A DNA stretch of 64,000 bases from Octopus vulgaris (GCA_951406725.2 OX597831.1:13516001-13580000), one strand, 5' to 3'. Counted from the stretch's first letter, positions 24,651-38,924 are shown. Translations and numbers: made by a program. Notes: generated by a model not told the origin, from the letters alone.

Positions 24651-26703
24651 TTTTGATTCCATAATATTAGCAACTGTTTCTTCTACAACACTTTCTTTTC
24701 TCTCCGTCTTCTCTTCGTCTTGAAAATATCTCAGCGACCATATTCCCCACCTCTCTCTCTCTCTCTTGCTCTATTGCTCTATCTCTCACCCTCTCCCTCT
24801 TTGCTTGTCTGTCGGTCTGTCTCTTCCTCTCTCTCATTCCCATCCTTCCTAAATCTAAGACACCATTATATTTTCCCTCCATGCATTGTATTTGCCTTTG
24901 TTTTTTCTCTCCCTCTCTACATTTTGTCTTCCTTTTAATGTCTAACCGACTTGAATTATTGGGAGACGGCCATGTGGGGGCAATGCTTCGAATGATGCTT
25001 GAAAGCATTATTTAGTGAACCAGATCGATCAACACGACATATTTTCAGCCTCGAAATTCTAGCATCGGTATATTTTGTTGTTTCCAACGATCTGCAAGGT
25101 AACTTGGATTTGAACAAACTTACATCAGTGGTTAAGTGGCAGACAAACGAAGAAATATATACGAATACACACACACAGACGCAGATACCACGCTTGGAGG
25201 TGGTAGTCGAACGCTGAAAATGAGTGCTCAAGACCGCATTGGTGGATAGAATTTATTTATTTGTGAATTAAGGCTACCATTGGTTTCATGGTCAGAAAAA
25301 CAGAAAAATATATTAATATCTTAACAATGTTTTAAGCCGATCACATGGAGGAATGATGTTCCTTTCCATTTTGGAAAGCACATACACACACACATGTATG
25401 TATGTATGCATGTATTTCAGGCTTCTGCACAATTTCCAATTACTAAATTCGTGTACAAGACATTAATCGATCGGTCCGGTGTTATAAGAGAAATGTATCG
25501 CCCAATCTCTTTCCACATTCTTGTGTCATCTCAGTCTATGAATTTCTCATTCTCCCTCACACACCTTCCTCCCTTCCCCGCCTCACTCGCACATACTCAC
25601 AATTCTTTCTAGTTATTCACACACACACACACACACATACACACACACACACACACACACATACACACACAATCTCTTTGTCACACACGTAAACTAAATC
25701 GCCTGTGAATGAAATAAATGGAGACTGTATGACAGCCCGTCGTATATGTGTCTTTGTGTTCGTTCAGCGCAACGTCTGGTGATGGTTTGTTTACGTCCCT
25801 GTTACTTAGTTGCTCAGTAAATGGGACAGAGGAAGCACTAAGCATCATTTGTCCGATCAAACCTCTCCAAGATGGTGCCACAGCATGACCGCAGTCCAAT
25901 AACTGAAACAAGATAAAGTATGAAAGAATATCTCGCTTAGGTATACACATCCAATCTCTAACGCACACATGCAGGCTCTGTCTACCCCACACCCCACACA
26001 CACACTCTCTCTCTCTCTCTCGAACACACAGTCTTTCTCACACACGTACACTCTCTCTCACACGCGCGTGCTGTCTATCACATGAATACACTCTCTCACA
26101 CACACATATAATCTCTCTCACACACACACATTCTTCCTCATACACACACACACACACACACCATCTCGCAGGAACGCACCTCCCTCCACACCCCTTCCTA
26201 ATTCGCCATTAACTGTTTGTCTAACATCAAGCCCTTCCCTACCACTCCCTACACTTCTCTCTCTCTATACTCGTCTCCAACGTTATTTCCTTCCTTTACT
26301 CCATCCACGTCTTCCTCCCCACCTCCGTTCCATCATTCCCACACTCCGCCTTTCCCTCCTCTTTATTTCCTTCGCCAACATCAATTCATTCATTGACACA
26401 GCTAAACTTTCTCCGAGTAATTCGTTCTATAAAATAATACATGTAAACCATCAAAAGAACGGGGCAGTTAAAGACAATTTACATATTTGATCTCCATTTA
26501 CCGTAGTTTTCCGCCATGTTGATGGCGGAAAAAGCATTAAACATTAAGAATAGCAATTTTAGATTCTTTCATTTGAATATAGAATATTTGTAAAGAGGAC
26601 ATTACGTGGTTAATGTATTGTGATTTGATCGTATCGTTCTCTGGTGGAATTCGTATAGACATATACAGTTATTTACTATATATATACATATATATATATA
26701 TCC

Positions 26704-27068
26704 TGGCACTCAGTCGGTTACGACGACGAGGGTTCCAGTTGATCCGATCAACGGAACAGCATGCTCGTGAAATATTAACGTGCAAGTGGCTGAGAACTCC
26801 ACAGACATGTGTACCCTTAACGTTGTTCTCAGGGATATTCAGCGTGACCCAGACTGTGACAAGGCCGGTCCTTTGAAATACAGGAAGAAAGAGTAAGAGA
26901 AAGTTGTGGTGAAAGAGTACAGCAGAGTTCCGTACCACCCCCTACCAGAGCCTTGTGGAGCTTTAGGTGTTTTCGCTCAATAAACACTCACAACGGTCGG
27001 TCTGGTAATCGAAACCGCGATCCCACGACCACGAGTCCGCTGCTGTAACCAGTGGGCCATTGCGCCTC
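26704..27068 (-). mobile_element. SINE family C, near full length
   Basis: Minus head GGCGCAATGGCCCACTGGTTA...GGTTTCGATT, tail ...CGTAACCGACTGAGTGCCA; matches the copies at 35885 and 61767. Confidence 0.85.
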
Positions 27069-27072
27069 CACA

Positions 27073-27118
<46 letters not shown>

Positions 27119-27277
27119 GTATGTACGTACATATACACATATGCATATATATATATATATATGTACATACATACACAGGTATATAGCCAATTGGAAAAGG
27201 ATAGAGAAAAAGAAATAAACAAATATTTGAACGTGGTACAATCAATGTATTAATAAGTCATTCAGAGGAAGAAAAAC

Positions 27278-27325
<48 letters not shown>

Positions 27326-27565
27326 GCAGGTAGATAGGTAAGTAGGCAGATAGCTAGCTGTGTATGCGTTTGTTACCACTATGTAGATAGTTCTATATAT
27401 ATACGTACACACACATATACTCATATAAAGAGAACAAGGAAGATGTTTCATACTGGTATGAGCTGTTATTAAAGGAATAATGTACTCAATGCTACTGGAA
27501 TAAATCACGTGGAATAACTCACTTCTGAAAGCGAAGTATTTGAATAAAGCCTGTGTACATATTAA

Positions 27566-27627
<62 letters not shown>

Positions 27628-27929
27628 ACTGTATGTCTGTCTGCCCGTGTGTCTGTTTCTTTGTCCGTCTCTTATCTGTCACTTTATCTATCTGCCTATT
27701 TGTCTATTTATCTATCTATTTATTTGTTTATTTGTCTGTCTATCTTTTTTATTTGTCTGTCTTTCTGTCATTTATTTGTCTGTCTTTCTGTCAGTTTGTC
27801 TGTCTGTCTGCCTTTGTATGTATGAAATTTTCTCACGACGGTTTCGTTGTTTAAGTTAAAAATAATTTCAGAACGGTTAGTAGCGGTGGTGGTAGTAGTA
27901 GCAGCAGCAGCAGTAGCAACAGCAGTAGT

Positions 27930-27970
<41 letters not shown>

Positions 27971-28254
27971 TAGTAGTAGTTGCGTAGTTGCTGGACCACG
28001 GCAATCGAGCAGTAACATGGCGAATGACATTAAATATATTTTAAACTGACTAAACCAGTGAATTAGTTTCCTCCTTGCGTCGAGTCCTGAAGAATTGGTG
28101 GTTATGAGCGTTGAGTAATAACTGGTTGCTGAGGTCTAACAAGAGCCAAAACATCCCAGGAATTCTCACGATCACTACAAAAGATTAAAACTCATTTTCC
28201 CTCCTTGGATCTCGCCATTTTGCCACTGCATCGTACTAGTGAGCGTGTGGTCTT

Positions 28255-28475
28255 CCCTTTCGTGACCATATTACTGTTGATATTGTCCGTTTGATTTCAA
28301 TTAATTTTGAAAATAATAAAAAATTTTGTTAAAAAAAACTGTCATTATTAATATGGTGTTCGGGGTATAAACTAACATGAAATTTCGCTGAAAGATTTTA
28401 ATTTCCATGACTTTAAAACTAGTAGTTTGCATCACAGGACCAGAGGCGATCGCATGCGGATTTATATCAAAAGGG
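28255..28475. mobile_element. piggyBac-like MITE, decayed
   Basis: CCCTTTCGTGACC ... ATATCAAAAGGG termini. Confidence 0.4.
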
Positions 28476-28985
28476 GTCAGACGTATATTGTGTTTTTATT
28501 CTACCATGATGCCTGACTGGTTACTTATATGCTATGGCATCTTTCCACTCGAGGTCACAACAGGTTGAATTGCTAATGTCTCTGAATTGGTGCTGAAGTC
28601 TTATGAGAAGGACTTGTCAATGTCATAGTAGCGTCGGCACTGTTTAATGAATATATCGTATTATAAATTTACATGGCCTACGAAGAAAATAGATAATTAA
28701 AAATAAACACAAAACAAATCCGATTAATCTCGGCAAATTAAATAGATCGATTATATTGAACAGATGAATTTATACATCAAATAATAACATTGATCGCCAC
28801 GTCCGTTGCCATATCACACGATGTGATGTTAATAAACAACACAGCGTTGGATCAGTGAATTAGATTAAGCTAATAATTAAGCGTACGATGACTTGTTTGT
28901 CGCATCGAGATGCCTATGCATACATACATACAAACATATATATATATATATATACACACACGGGAACACACGCACACGCATATAT

Positions 28986-29138
28986 GGCGTAGGCGTGCGA
29001 CTATGGTAAGAAGCTTGCTTTCCAATCACATGGTTCTGGCTTCAGGCTCACCGAATGGCATCTTGAGCAAGTTTCTCTTACTATAGCCTCGGGCCTACAA
29101 AACCCTTGTAAGGTGGATTTAATCGACGGAAACTGAAC
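28986..29138 (+). mobile_element. SINE family A 5' half, abutting the Penelope relic
   Basis: GGCGTAGGCGTGCGACTATGGTAAG ... GACGGAAACTGAA. Confidence 0.75.
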
Positions 29139-29139
29139 A

Positions 29140-30384
29140 GAGGAGGGGAGTTGAGCCCATGGGGTGCAAAGGAGCAAAGAGATATTAATTCCTGTTCACT
29201 GTGAAGGATGCACTCCGGATGGCTCCTGTGCAAAGAAGTCCAAACACAGATAGATGTTGTAGTGAATGACCGGTAGTGTAGAAATGGGCGAGACCGGGGT
29301 GTCATTGTTGAGTTTGATGTCTTGGGTGTGCCCCGCAAATCGGTCAGCCAAGCGGCGGCCCGTTTGACTGATGGACAAGGTAGGGCAGAAAGAGCAGGAG
29401 ATGCAGTAAATGACGTTACTGGAAGTGCAAGTAAAGGAGTCAGTGATGTGATAGGAACGATGATGGGTGCCTGTGAGGATGGTCGTGTTGGATAGGTTGG
29501 GGCAAGTATGGTAGTGTAGGCAGGAGCAGGGGAACGAGTCAGGCCGGGAGTTGGGGTTAGGGAAAACGCTGTGGACTAGGAGTGGTTGCGGTCTCGTTCG
29601 AAGGAGGGAAGGGGTAGGTTGGAGAAGATGTGCGAGGTGGCGGGGTCGGAGTTGATGGAATGCTCGGCGACTGGTGCGTTGGGAAGGCAGAGTGGAGGGA
29701 TGGCAGGTGAGGGGAAACGGGAGACGGGCAACGGTGGGCGAGTGCGGGGAGAGAGAGCAGGGGCACGGTCCACAGATCGTGCCCTGGTAAGGGCAGTGTG
29801 GATAGTTGTGAGGGGATATCCATGAAGGATGCAGTGGTCAGCCATGAGTTGAGAATGAGTCTGAAAGTCATGGTTGTCACTGCTGCAGAGCCTACCCAGA
29901 CGGAGTAATTGGGAATAGAGGGTGGAGAAGTTGGTGTGGGTAGGGGGGAAGGAGGAGAAGTTAAGGTAGGATGTGAGTCAGTGTGTTTGTGGTGGTTGGA
30001 GTTAGTCTATACTGACTGAAATGCCGAGAAATGCGACGGAAGAGTTAGAAATAGTGCAGAAGAATTCGAGTGCAGGATGGAAGGAGAGGACGAAAGAGAG
30101 GAAGGAGTGTAGTTGTTCGCGAGAGTGTGAGATCGCACCGAAACAGTCATCAATATAACGACAGTATAGTTGGGGATTGGGACCAGTGAATCGAGAGAAC
30201 ATTTGGGCCTTGAAGTATCCAACGAACGGGTTCACATCGTTGGGGACCATTCTCGTTCACGTGGCCACACCCGGAACCTTTTTGTAAAAAATCCCCCGCG
30301 AACGAGAAGTAGATGAGGGAGAGAAGAAGTTTGCCCAGACGAAGAAGTGTGGAGGTGTCAGGTTGGGGTTGGGTTGAAGGACCA

Positions 30385-30388
<4 letters not shown>
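29140..30388 (-). pseudogene. Penelope-like retroelement (Neptune-type) RT + GIY-YIG endonuclease, degenerate and 5'-truncated at (TA)n
   Basis: RT motifs FYKKVPGVAT*TRM...RYIDDCFG...FHPALEF; Cys-rich linker; FTCTSSNVIYCISC...SISQTGRRLADRFAGH (GIY-YIG); C-terminal APHGLN. GC-rich island with several frameshifts. Confidence 0.9.
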
Positions 30389-30442
<54 letters not shown>

Positions 30443-30448
30443 TACATA

Positions 30449-30510
<62 letters not shown>

Positions 30511-30610
30511 GATATATATACACACACATATATATAAATATATATGTATTTATATATACCTACATTTATATATATATATATATATATATACATATATATA
30601 CATATATACG
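30389..30610. repeat. Long (TA)n tract
   Basis: Directly visible. Confidence 0.95.
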
Positions 30611-31309
30611 TATGTATACACGTGTGTATATATGTGTGAGTGTGAATGTGTATGAATGTGTGTCTAACGCGTGTCTGACTTGAGTTTCCTTTGAAAGAGT
30701 TTATATTATTTTCTATGCCATTATATTCAATAATATTTGCAAAAATATATTCGAATTCCAGTGACATCCCGGTCAATTCGTGGCAAGCTTATGAAAGCAA
30801 GAATAAATGTAACGTTTATCTAATGAGATGAAACCTATTAATTACCTCCAGGCTATAGACAGGAGAAGTACGATAGAAGTCATCAACAACAAATAAATAA
30901 CTCCAACGTTCACGTAAATTGAGACAGTTATGTGAAAGGAGGTTAAAGATATCAAAAGGCCAAGACCGAACGACCAAAACAATAACGTACAACACTAATA
31001 AATTAGAATTCAACTGTGCTAATCACTCACACACACAACAGACACGCGCGCGCGCGCGTTTGTGTTTGCATGTATGTATATACATATTTATATATACCAT
31101 AAATTATGTGTATTTGATATATCTATACCTATTTATGTATGTATGTATGTATCTATCTGCCTATCTATCTATGTATCTCTCTCTCTCTGTATATATATAT
31201 ATATATATATATATTTATTTATGTATATATATATATATATATATAATATATATATTTATGCATATATATATAATATATATATATATATGTGTGTGTGTGT
31301 GTATGTATA

Positions 31310-31381
<72 letters not shown>

Positions 31382-31382
<1 letters not shown>

Positions 31383-31880
31383 TAGCAGTATCGCCCGGCG
31401 TTGCTCGGGTTTGTAAGGGAAATAACTATATAAGCATTTTTAGAGAGTTATAGCCAAAAAATAGCAAAAAATGCATTAAAAATGGAAAAAATATGATGGT
31501 AAATTTTTTGAAAAATCGTTGACTCATCGTAGACATTTTTAGAGAGTTACTTCCCTTATATAATAGCGAAAAAATGCATTAAAATGGAAAAAAAACGATG
31601 GTAAATTTTTTTTTTAATCGTAGACTCATGTAGACGCTTTCTTAGCCATTTCTGTTTTGGTGTCTTCAAGCCATGAAGTCGTTGTTCTAAAAGAACGCTG
31701 GTCTCCTTGACAACGCATTACGACGTTGATTTCCTTACACTCCCTTCCCCACAGGTGCAGGTGTTTGAGGTGTTTAAGCTACCCGAATTTGGTTAAACTG
31801 CACCGCAAAATGTGGGAGTAGTTAGGAATCTAAATCGAAGGGGACAGACACTCACACAACTACAGTTTTATATATATAGA
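31382..31880 (-). mobile_element. Non-autonomous Helitron
   Basis: Minus strand 5' TCTATATAT..., 3' hairpin CCCGAGCAACGCCGGG then CTAG; internal tandem repeats; inserted in (TA)n. Confidence 0.8.
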
Positions 31881-31894
31881 TATACATAGCGCAG

Positions 31895-32332
31895 TAGTGG
31901 TGAGATGTGACAGCAAAGAAAAGCATACATTCACTCTCTGCATGCAATTAGACTCGGAAAGTTCGTGAGGAACCCATTGACCCAATTTGCTGACTTTTCC
32001 GATAGCACACAGTTCTCAATGAATGGTTGAATGACCAAATCCAAGCTTCTCTGCTAGTTCCTCAACAGTTACGATGAGATTTTGTTCCACCAGGGTTTTC
32101 AGGATGTCCTTGTCGAGTTCTACAGATCTTTCAGGATGAGGCTCGTCTTCTAGGCTGTTCCAATATAGCTTTGAAAAAAATAGCTGTTAAAATCGAAATG
32201 CACTCTTCAAAACTTGCACTATGAATAAGAACAAGATAAAATTACCACCTGCTTTTATAGCAAGTTAATATAAGTAGTTTATCCCATTCCCCTCTGACTT
32301 TTAGTTCAAGCTGTTGAAAAAACCGCATTGTT
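31895..32332 (-). pseudogene. Mariner transposase 5' fragment, same family as 18870-19802
   Basis: Minus strand encodes GKVSKLGQWVPHELSES (WVPHEL motif) and LKTLVEQNLIVTVEELAEKLGFGHSTIH. Confidence 0.85.
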
Positions 32333-32600
32333 ATATATATATACATACATACATACATACATACATATACACACACACTCTCTCTCTCTCACACACATGC
32401 ACACATTTATATTCTGTTATTCTTTTATATGTTTCAGCCTTGAGGTTGTGGCCATGCTGGATCATGTGTGTGTGTGTCTATCTGTCTGTATGTCTGTATG
32501 TATATATGTATATGTATGTGTGTGAACAATAATATTTTCAACAGATGTGTTGCAAATGTATCTGATTGTTCTCAAGCTTCCAATACTGTGTGTGTGTGTA

Positions 32601-32631
<31 letters not shown>

Positions 32632-33189
32632 ATGTATGTATGTATATGTATGTATGTATGTATGTGTGTATGTATGTATGTGTGTGTGTATGTATGTATG
32701 TATGTATATATGTATGAGTGTATGTTTACTTTATTACTAACACAAGCCACTACGGTTATTTAATGTAAAGTCTTCTCAAATCACTATCTCTGGCTATTTA
32801 CTCTCTTCCAAGAACATTTTCACTCACACTTATGTGTTAGCTTCCCATACATTTTACTCATGTATCTATCAGCGTGATAGAGAGAAACAAATATTACATC
32901 TAGTTTCACTTTATTCGTTGCCCACTGTGTGTGTGCGTTTGCGTGTGGTGTAAACCAGACTAAGAAAAGCATTTGACACACACACCAGAATGTGAGTTTT
33001 CTGTAAATTTTGCTTAATTGGAGTTTAAATTTTAAAAACTGGACCTGGCATGACGCGATGCATTGTACTCTTAAAAATGCAAGGTAAATTGTAATTGAAG
33101 AAATCCTATATTGTAGATTTGTATAACTCCCAAAGGGAGGCAGATAAAATCTGCCTTTTATAATAACATATATATATATACACTCTCTC

Positions 33190-33447
33190 TCTTTTACTCT
33201 TTTACTTGTTTCAGTCATTTGACTGCGGTCATGCTAGAACACCGCCTTTAGTCGAGCAAATCAACCACAGGGCTTATTCAATGTAAGCTTAGTACTTATT
33301 CTATGGCCATCTTTTGCCGAACCGCTATGTTACGGGGGACGTAAACAGACCAGCATCGGTTGTCAAGCGATGAGGAAGAGTGGGGACAAACACATACACA
33401 CAAACACTCACATAGACTTACACACACACAAACACACACAGACACAT

Positions 33448-33502
<55 letters not shown>

Positions 33503-33662
33503 TACGTCGGACTTATTTCAGTTTCCGTCTACCAAATCCACTCACAAGGCTTTGGTCGGCCCGAGGCTATAGTAGAAGACACTTGCCCAAGGTTCCACGC
33601 AGTGGGACTTAACCTGGAACCATGTTGTTGGTAAGGAGGCTACTTACCACACAACCATAACT

Positions 33663-33667
<5 letters not shown>
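33190..33667 (-). mobile_element. SINE family A, full length
   Basis: Reverse complement match to the copy at 14197. Confidence 0.9.
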
Positions 33668-33692
<25 letters not shown>

Positions 33693-33693
<1 letters not shown>

Positions 33694-33895
33694 ATCAAAA
33701 TAAGCCACAGGATATCAAGAAGTGATGCAGTACGACCGTTTCAAGTAGCTCCATTTAATTGAACAATGCTATCATTACATCAATTTATATGCTGAGCAAT
33801 CGTGAGCTGCACAAATAAATAGAATTTCAATCAATCGGATCGCTTGAAACAGTCGTACTGCATGACTACTTGATATCCTTTTGGTTATTTCGATT
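33693..33895. repeat. Fold-back module (about 53-bp arms) next to (TA)n
   Basis: Arms 33693-33745 / 33843-33895, containing the hammerhead 3'-half-like GAAAC(A/G)GTC. Confidence 0.8.
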
Positions 33896-34099
33896 TTATT
33901 CCCCTTACTTCTAGCTGTGACTTGGTGCTTCAACTTAAGTACCTAATTCAACTGCATCTCAAATATATATATTGAATGAATATGCAAAGGAGAGAGAGAG
34001 AGAGTGACAAGAAAATGGGTAACGCACACAAATATATATGTATACAGACAGACACACAGACACAAAAACACACACACACACACACACATATATATAAAG

Positions 34100-34385
34100 A
34101 GTAAGGACTCCCTACAGTCATGAATGACCATGGGATTGCACTCAGAAAGAAATTCCCCCTCTGAGGCGCAAGTCAGAGCAAGATTATTTGTGGAAGACCG
34201 GAAACGTAAAGGCAGACATAGCTTAGAACCAGTGACGTCGCAACTCATTTCTACAGCAGAGTGAAATGGTACAACGCGAAATAAAGTGTCTTTCTCAAGA
34301 ATACAACACACAATCCGGTCCTGGAATCGAGCTCACTACCTCCTGATTGTGAGCCTGCTGCACTAACCACTGAACGATGTACCTT
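34100..34385 (-). mobile_element. tRNA-derived SINE with CORE-like domain and a distinct tail
   Basis: Minus head TTCAGTGGTTAG...GAGCTCGATTCC, then TTCTTGAGAAAGACACTTTATTTC...CACTCTGCTGTAGAAATGAG. Confidence 0.6.
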
Positions 34386-35105
34386 AAGCTTGCTATTGTA
34401 CTTGCCAGTGAGTTATCAATCTGGATACGATATTTAAACTACAAATCTCGTGAACTGTTTTAACTTCCTTGGCAGGTCTTACTCTTTATCTCTCTCTCTC
34501 TCTCTCAATCTCTCACTTTCTCTCATTCCTTCTCTCTATCTCGCCCTTTCCCTCTTTCTATATATATATATATCTCCTGCTCGAATCTTCTTTCTTTCAC
34601 ATTCTATCTGTCTCCATTGGCTTTTGTTTGATGTTCATTCACACGTGCAGTGTGTATTACTATACGTATTATGACTACCTGTTATATATACGTATGAATG
34701 GTTATTGTGTATGAGTAGCTATTATTATACAGCGTCTCGTCATGTGACTTTCTATGCACATAAATATACATAAAATTTTCTATGGGGAGAGGCTTTCATA
34801 CTTCAAATTTTACAATCAATTTCTTATTATTTTTATAGATTTGACGGTGAACTTTTCCATACATAAAGCTGTTGTTACAAATATTCTTGAGTTTCCTTTT
34901 CGATGCTTTGAGGAAGCTATAAGGGGATGCACAAGAACTGAGCTCAAAGTGCACTGCTTCTCGTTGCAGAAACAGCTGTAAGCTAATGAAGTTCATAAAA
35001 GAATTTTTATGTTTCATAGTAATTTATTGAATTTCATACTTATGTATGTATACCTATATATATGTATTGGTTTGTTATAGTTTGCATAAAATCACTTTCA
35101 AGCTC

Positions 35106-35473
35106 ATGTGGTAAGTAGCTTGCTTACAATCTACATGGTTCCGGGTTCAGCCTCGCCGCGTGGCACCTTGGGCAAGTGTCATCTACTATAACCTCGGGCG
35201 ACCAAAGCCTTGTGAGTGGATTTGGTAGACGGATACTGAAAGAAGCCTGTCGTATATACACGTGTGTGTCTGTGTGTGTGTTTGTTTGTCTCTGTTTGTC
35301 CCCAACACCATCGCTTGACAACCTGTGTTGGTGTGTTTACGTCCGCGTAACTTAGCTGTTCAGCAAAAGTGCCCGATAGAATAAGTACTAGGCTTACAAC
35401 GAATAAGTCCCGGGGTCGATTTGTTAGACTAAAGGCGGTACCGCAGTCATATGACTGAAACAAATAAAAGAAT
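35106..35473 (+). mobile_element. SINE family A
   Basis: Match to the copy at 14197. Confidence 0.88.
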
Positions 35474-35884
35474 ATATGTATGTGTGTGTGTGTGTGTATT
35501 TTCGGGAGAGTTTATATCCTAATTCACAGAAATTGATATATTAAACACGTATGTTTATCTAATGAAATAAATTCTATCAATTATCTTTCGATTATAGACA
35601 AAAGGTCTATTATATGTGAAAACGATAATCACATCGAGGGATTAAATCATGCGGTTGCTACAAGGCTGACGGAATTGTATACGAGTGCGTTGAGAGTTCG
35701 AGGTCACCGGACAAATTTCCTATGTAAATGTAAACATAAATAGAAAAAAAAAATCACATGCAAAAATGCGCACACATACATAAACATACATGTATACACA
35801 CACAAAGATATACCACGCACATGCAGGGACATACAAGCGTAATTTAAATGAAAACTAGCAAAAGGAAGTAAAAACCTCCTTTGG

Positions 35885-36261
35885 TGGCACTCCGTCGGTT
35901 ACGACGACAAGCGTTCCAGGTGACCCGATCAACGGAACAGCCTGCTCGTGAAATTAATGTGCAAGTGGCTGAACACTCCACAGACACGTGTACCCTTAAT
36001 GTAGTTCTCGAGGAGATTCAGCGTGACACAGAGTGTAGCAAAGCTGGCCCTTTGAAATACAGGTACAACAGAAACATGAAGAAAGAGTGAGAGAAAGTTG
36101 TGGTGAAAGGGTACAGCAGGGTTCGTCACCACCCTCTGCCGAGCCTCGTAGAGTTTTAGGTGTCTTCGTTCAATAAACACTCACAACGCCTCATCTGGAA
36201 ATCGAAACGTCGATCCTACAGTTGCGAGTCCACTACTCAAACCACTGGGCCACTGCGCCTC
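35885..36261 (-). mobile_element. SINE family C
   Basis: Match to 26704-27068. Confidence 0.85.
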
Positions 36262-36737
36262 TACAGAAAAAAAAAACACGCTGGCATCTCTTCTGTTATC
36301 AGGCCATCGAAAAAATGCTATGAAAATGACCGTTAAACAAAGGGAAGTTACTGTGTGATTGACCGTTATTAAGACAAAATAGCTATAAGAATGACCGCTA
36401 AGTAAGGAGAGGGATTAAAAGTAAGGGGGTAAAAATGCTCATACTAATCGCGTAAGCGCTCATGTTCATACATACACATGCAACACACACACAGTCACGT
36501 GCATGCGCTTATATGTATATACTCATCCACCCTCACTTGAAACACATACATGCACACCCACACATTCGCCAAAAAATATATACATGCCCGCATACACGCT
36601 CGCAGACACACACACGCGCGCGGCACCAAAAAGGTTCATCCACACGTCTATATACGCACATGCAGATATTTAGATAAATTCGTCTATCTACACAAAATCG
36701 AGGTCTCTTTCATTTTTTGTTGTGTTACTACTTCTAT

Positions 36738-36790
<53 letters not shown>

Positions 36791-37280
36791 ATACATACAT
36801 GTAGCGACTATTAAATTTGAGTCATAACGTAATACCCGGCCCGTACTCAAATGTGAAATGACCATGTAGCGAGATCAAACATGAAGCTACTTTATAAGCA
36901 GAACATGTCCTGTATATTATATTTTATCACTGAGAAATGTGTAATACATGACATGTAGACTCAGTAAGATTTGAACTGAGGCTGCAAACTTATGGAACTA
37001 TTTATGATTTTAACGAACTCATTCTGCCGTTAGTAAACCTACCACATTCGGAATTTTTTTCTTTCTTGTTATAGAAATTTTACAACATAAAATATAGAAA
37101 TTTTACAATATATAGTATGATAGAAATTCGTAGAATATAAAAGATAAGAGTTAATGTAATAATTTCATATCTATGTGTGTTCATTGTGGATCTTCTAAGA
37201 ATATGAATGTGCTTGAGTGTCTGCGTGTACGTGTGTCTGCCGATGCATTTTAAACACACACACACATATATATATATATA

Positions 37281-37678
37281 TACTCTTTACTCTTTTACTC
37301 TTTTACTTGTTTCAGTCATTTGACTGCGGCCATGCTGGAGCACCGCCTTTAGTCGAGCAAATCGACCCCGAGACTTATTCTTTGTAAGCCCAGTACTTAT
37401 TTTATCGGTCTCTTTTGCCGAACCGCTAAGTTACGGGGACAAACATTGTCAAGCAATGCTAGGGGGACAAACACAGACACAGAAACACACACACACATAT
37501 ACATATATATACATATACGACAGGCTTCTTTTAGTTTCCGTCTACCAAATCTACTCACAAGGCATTGGTCGGCCCGGGGCTATAGCAGAAGACACTTGCC
37601 CAAGATGCCACGCAGTGGGACTGAACCCGGAACCATGTGGTTGGTTAGCAAGCTACTTACCACACAGCCACTCCTGCG

Positions 37679-37680
<2 letters not shown>
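37281..37680 (-). mobile_element. SINE family A, young copy within (TA)n
   Basis: High identity to the copy at 14197; repeated AAAAGAGT tail. Confidence 0.92.
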
Positions 37681-37718
<38 letters not shown>

Positions 37719-37945
37719 CAATTAATGACTGAACACGAAAAGTGGACAGTCAACATGCTAGATAGATCTCATATATTATAGATCAAACTATATCTGATAA
37801 TCTTTGTGTGATATTTGATTAGCATGTTGACTGTCCACTTTTCGTGTTCAGTCATTAATTGGTATATATAAATATTTTAATCTTCGGATTCTTTTTTAAT
37901 ATGCTATGGTCTTAATTGATAAATATCAATTACTACCCTTAATTA

Positions 37946-37950
<5 letters not shown>
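37719..37950 (+). repeat. Fold-back module: perfect 42-bp inverted repeat plus tail, flanked by (TA)n
   Basis: 37719-37760 is the exact reverse complement of 37820-37861. Confidence 0.9.
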
Positions 37951-37993
<43 letters not shown>

Positions 37994-38087
37994 GCTAATA
38001 CAATTATCATCCATTACAAATACTGCTACAGTCAGCTAAATTGTATGTATGTATGCATATGTATATATGTATATGTATATATGTATA

Positions 38088-38126
<39 letters not shown>

Positions 38127-38888
38127 GCATATATATGTATGTATATATATTTGTATATATATATGTACATGTATATGCATATATACATACATATATATAT
38201 ATACGCACATAATTATTGTTACATATACTTGTGCGTGTATACACATACACACACACACACATACATACCCACACATACACACCCCCACATATACACCCAC
38301 CCACACACATAAACCCCACACACAAACACTCCTTGCAAAGAATTTTTATCGGCGTAGTTACCGCACGATCTCAGTGCTACTTCTATACTTTCGCGATTTC
38401 GCCACCAGCAAATTAAAACAGATTTATCGTCGTGTTCAACATTCCGTTACTATTCCTGTTTCTTCAGATCATGTGGGAACGTACTTTAATGCTCAGACTT
38501 TCAAAGAAACGTTCCTAAGATGAATGTATTCGGCTGGATTGGTTAACGTCTCATAATACCTGAAACGGCTTCTGTGATATCAATAACAATTCAATAATTT
38601 CAATTCTGGAATGTATTCCGGCATAAATAGTATCACCCATACATGTATAGTCAATGTGTCCGCCCAGACACGGCACGAACAGAATGTTATGTCATAAAAT
38701 GCTTTAGAAGGACAAAATCTGGTGGTCCTCTGTGCTGTTGCCCATTAGTACTGAGAGAGCAGAGCAAGAACATGCCAAAAATCTATTTAACTGCTTCGGC
38801 AGTCATGTCTATAGGAGAGATTTTAGTTTCAGGAAAGACACATAAACTATGCATGAATAAACACGCACACACACACACACACACACAT

Positions 38889-38924
<36 letters not shown>

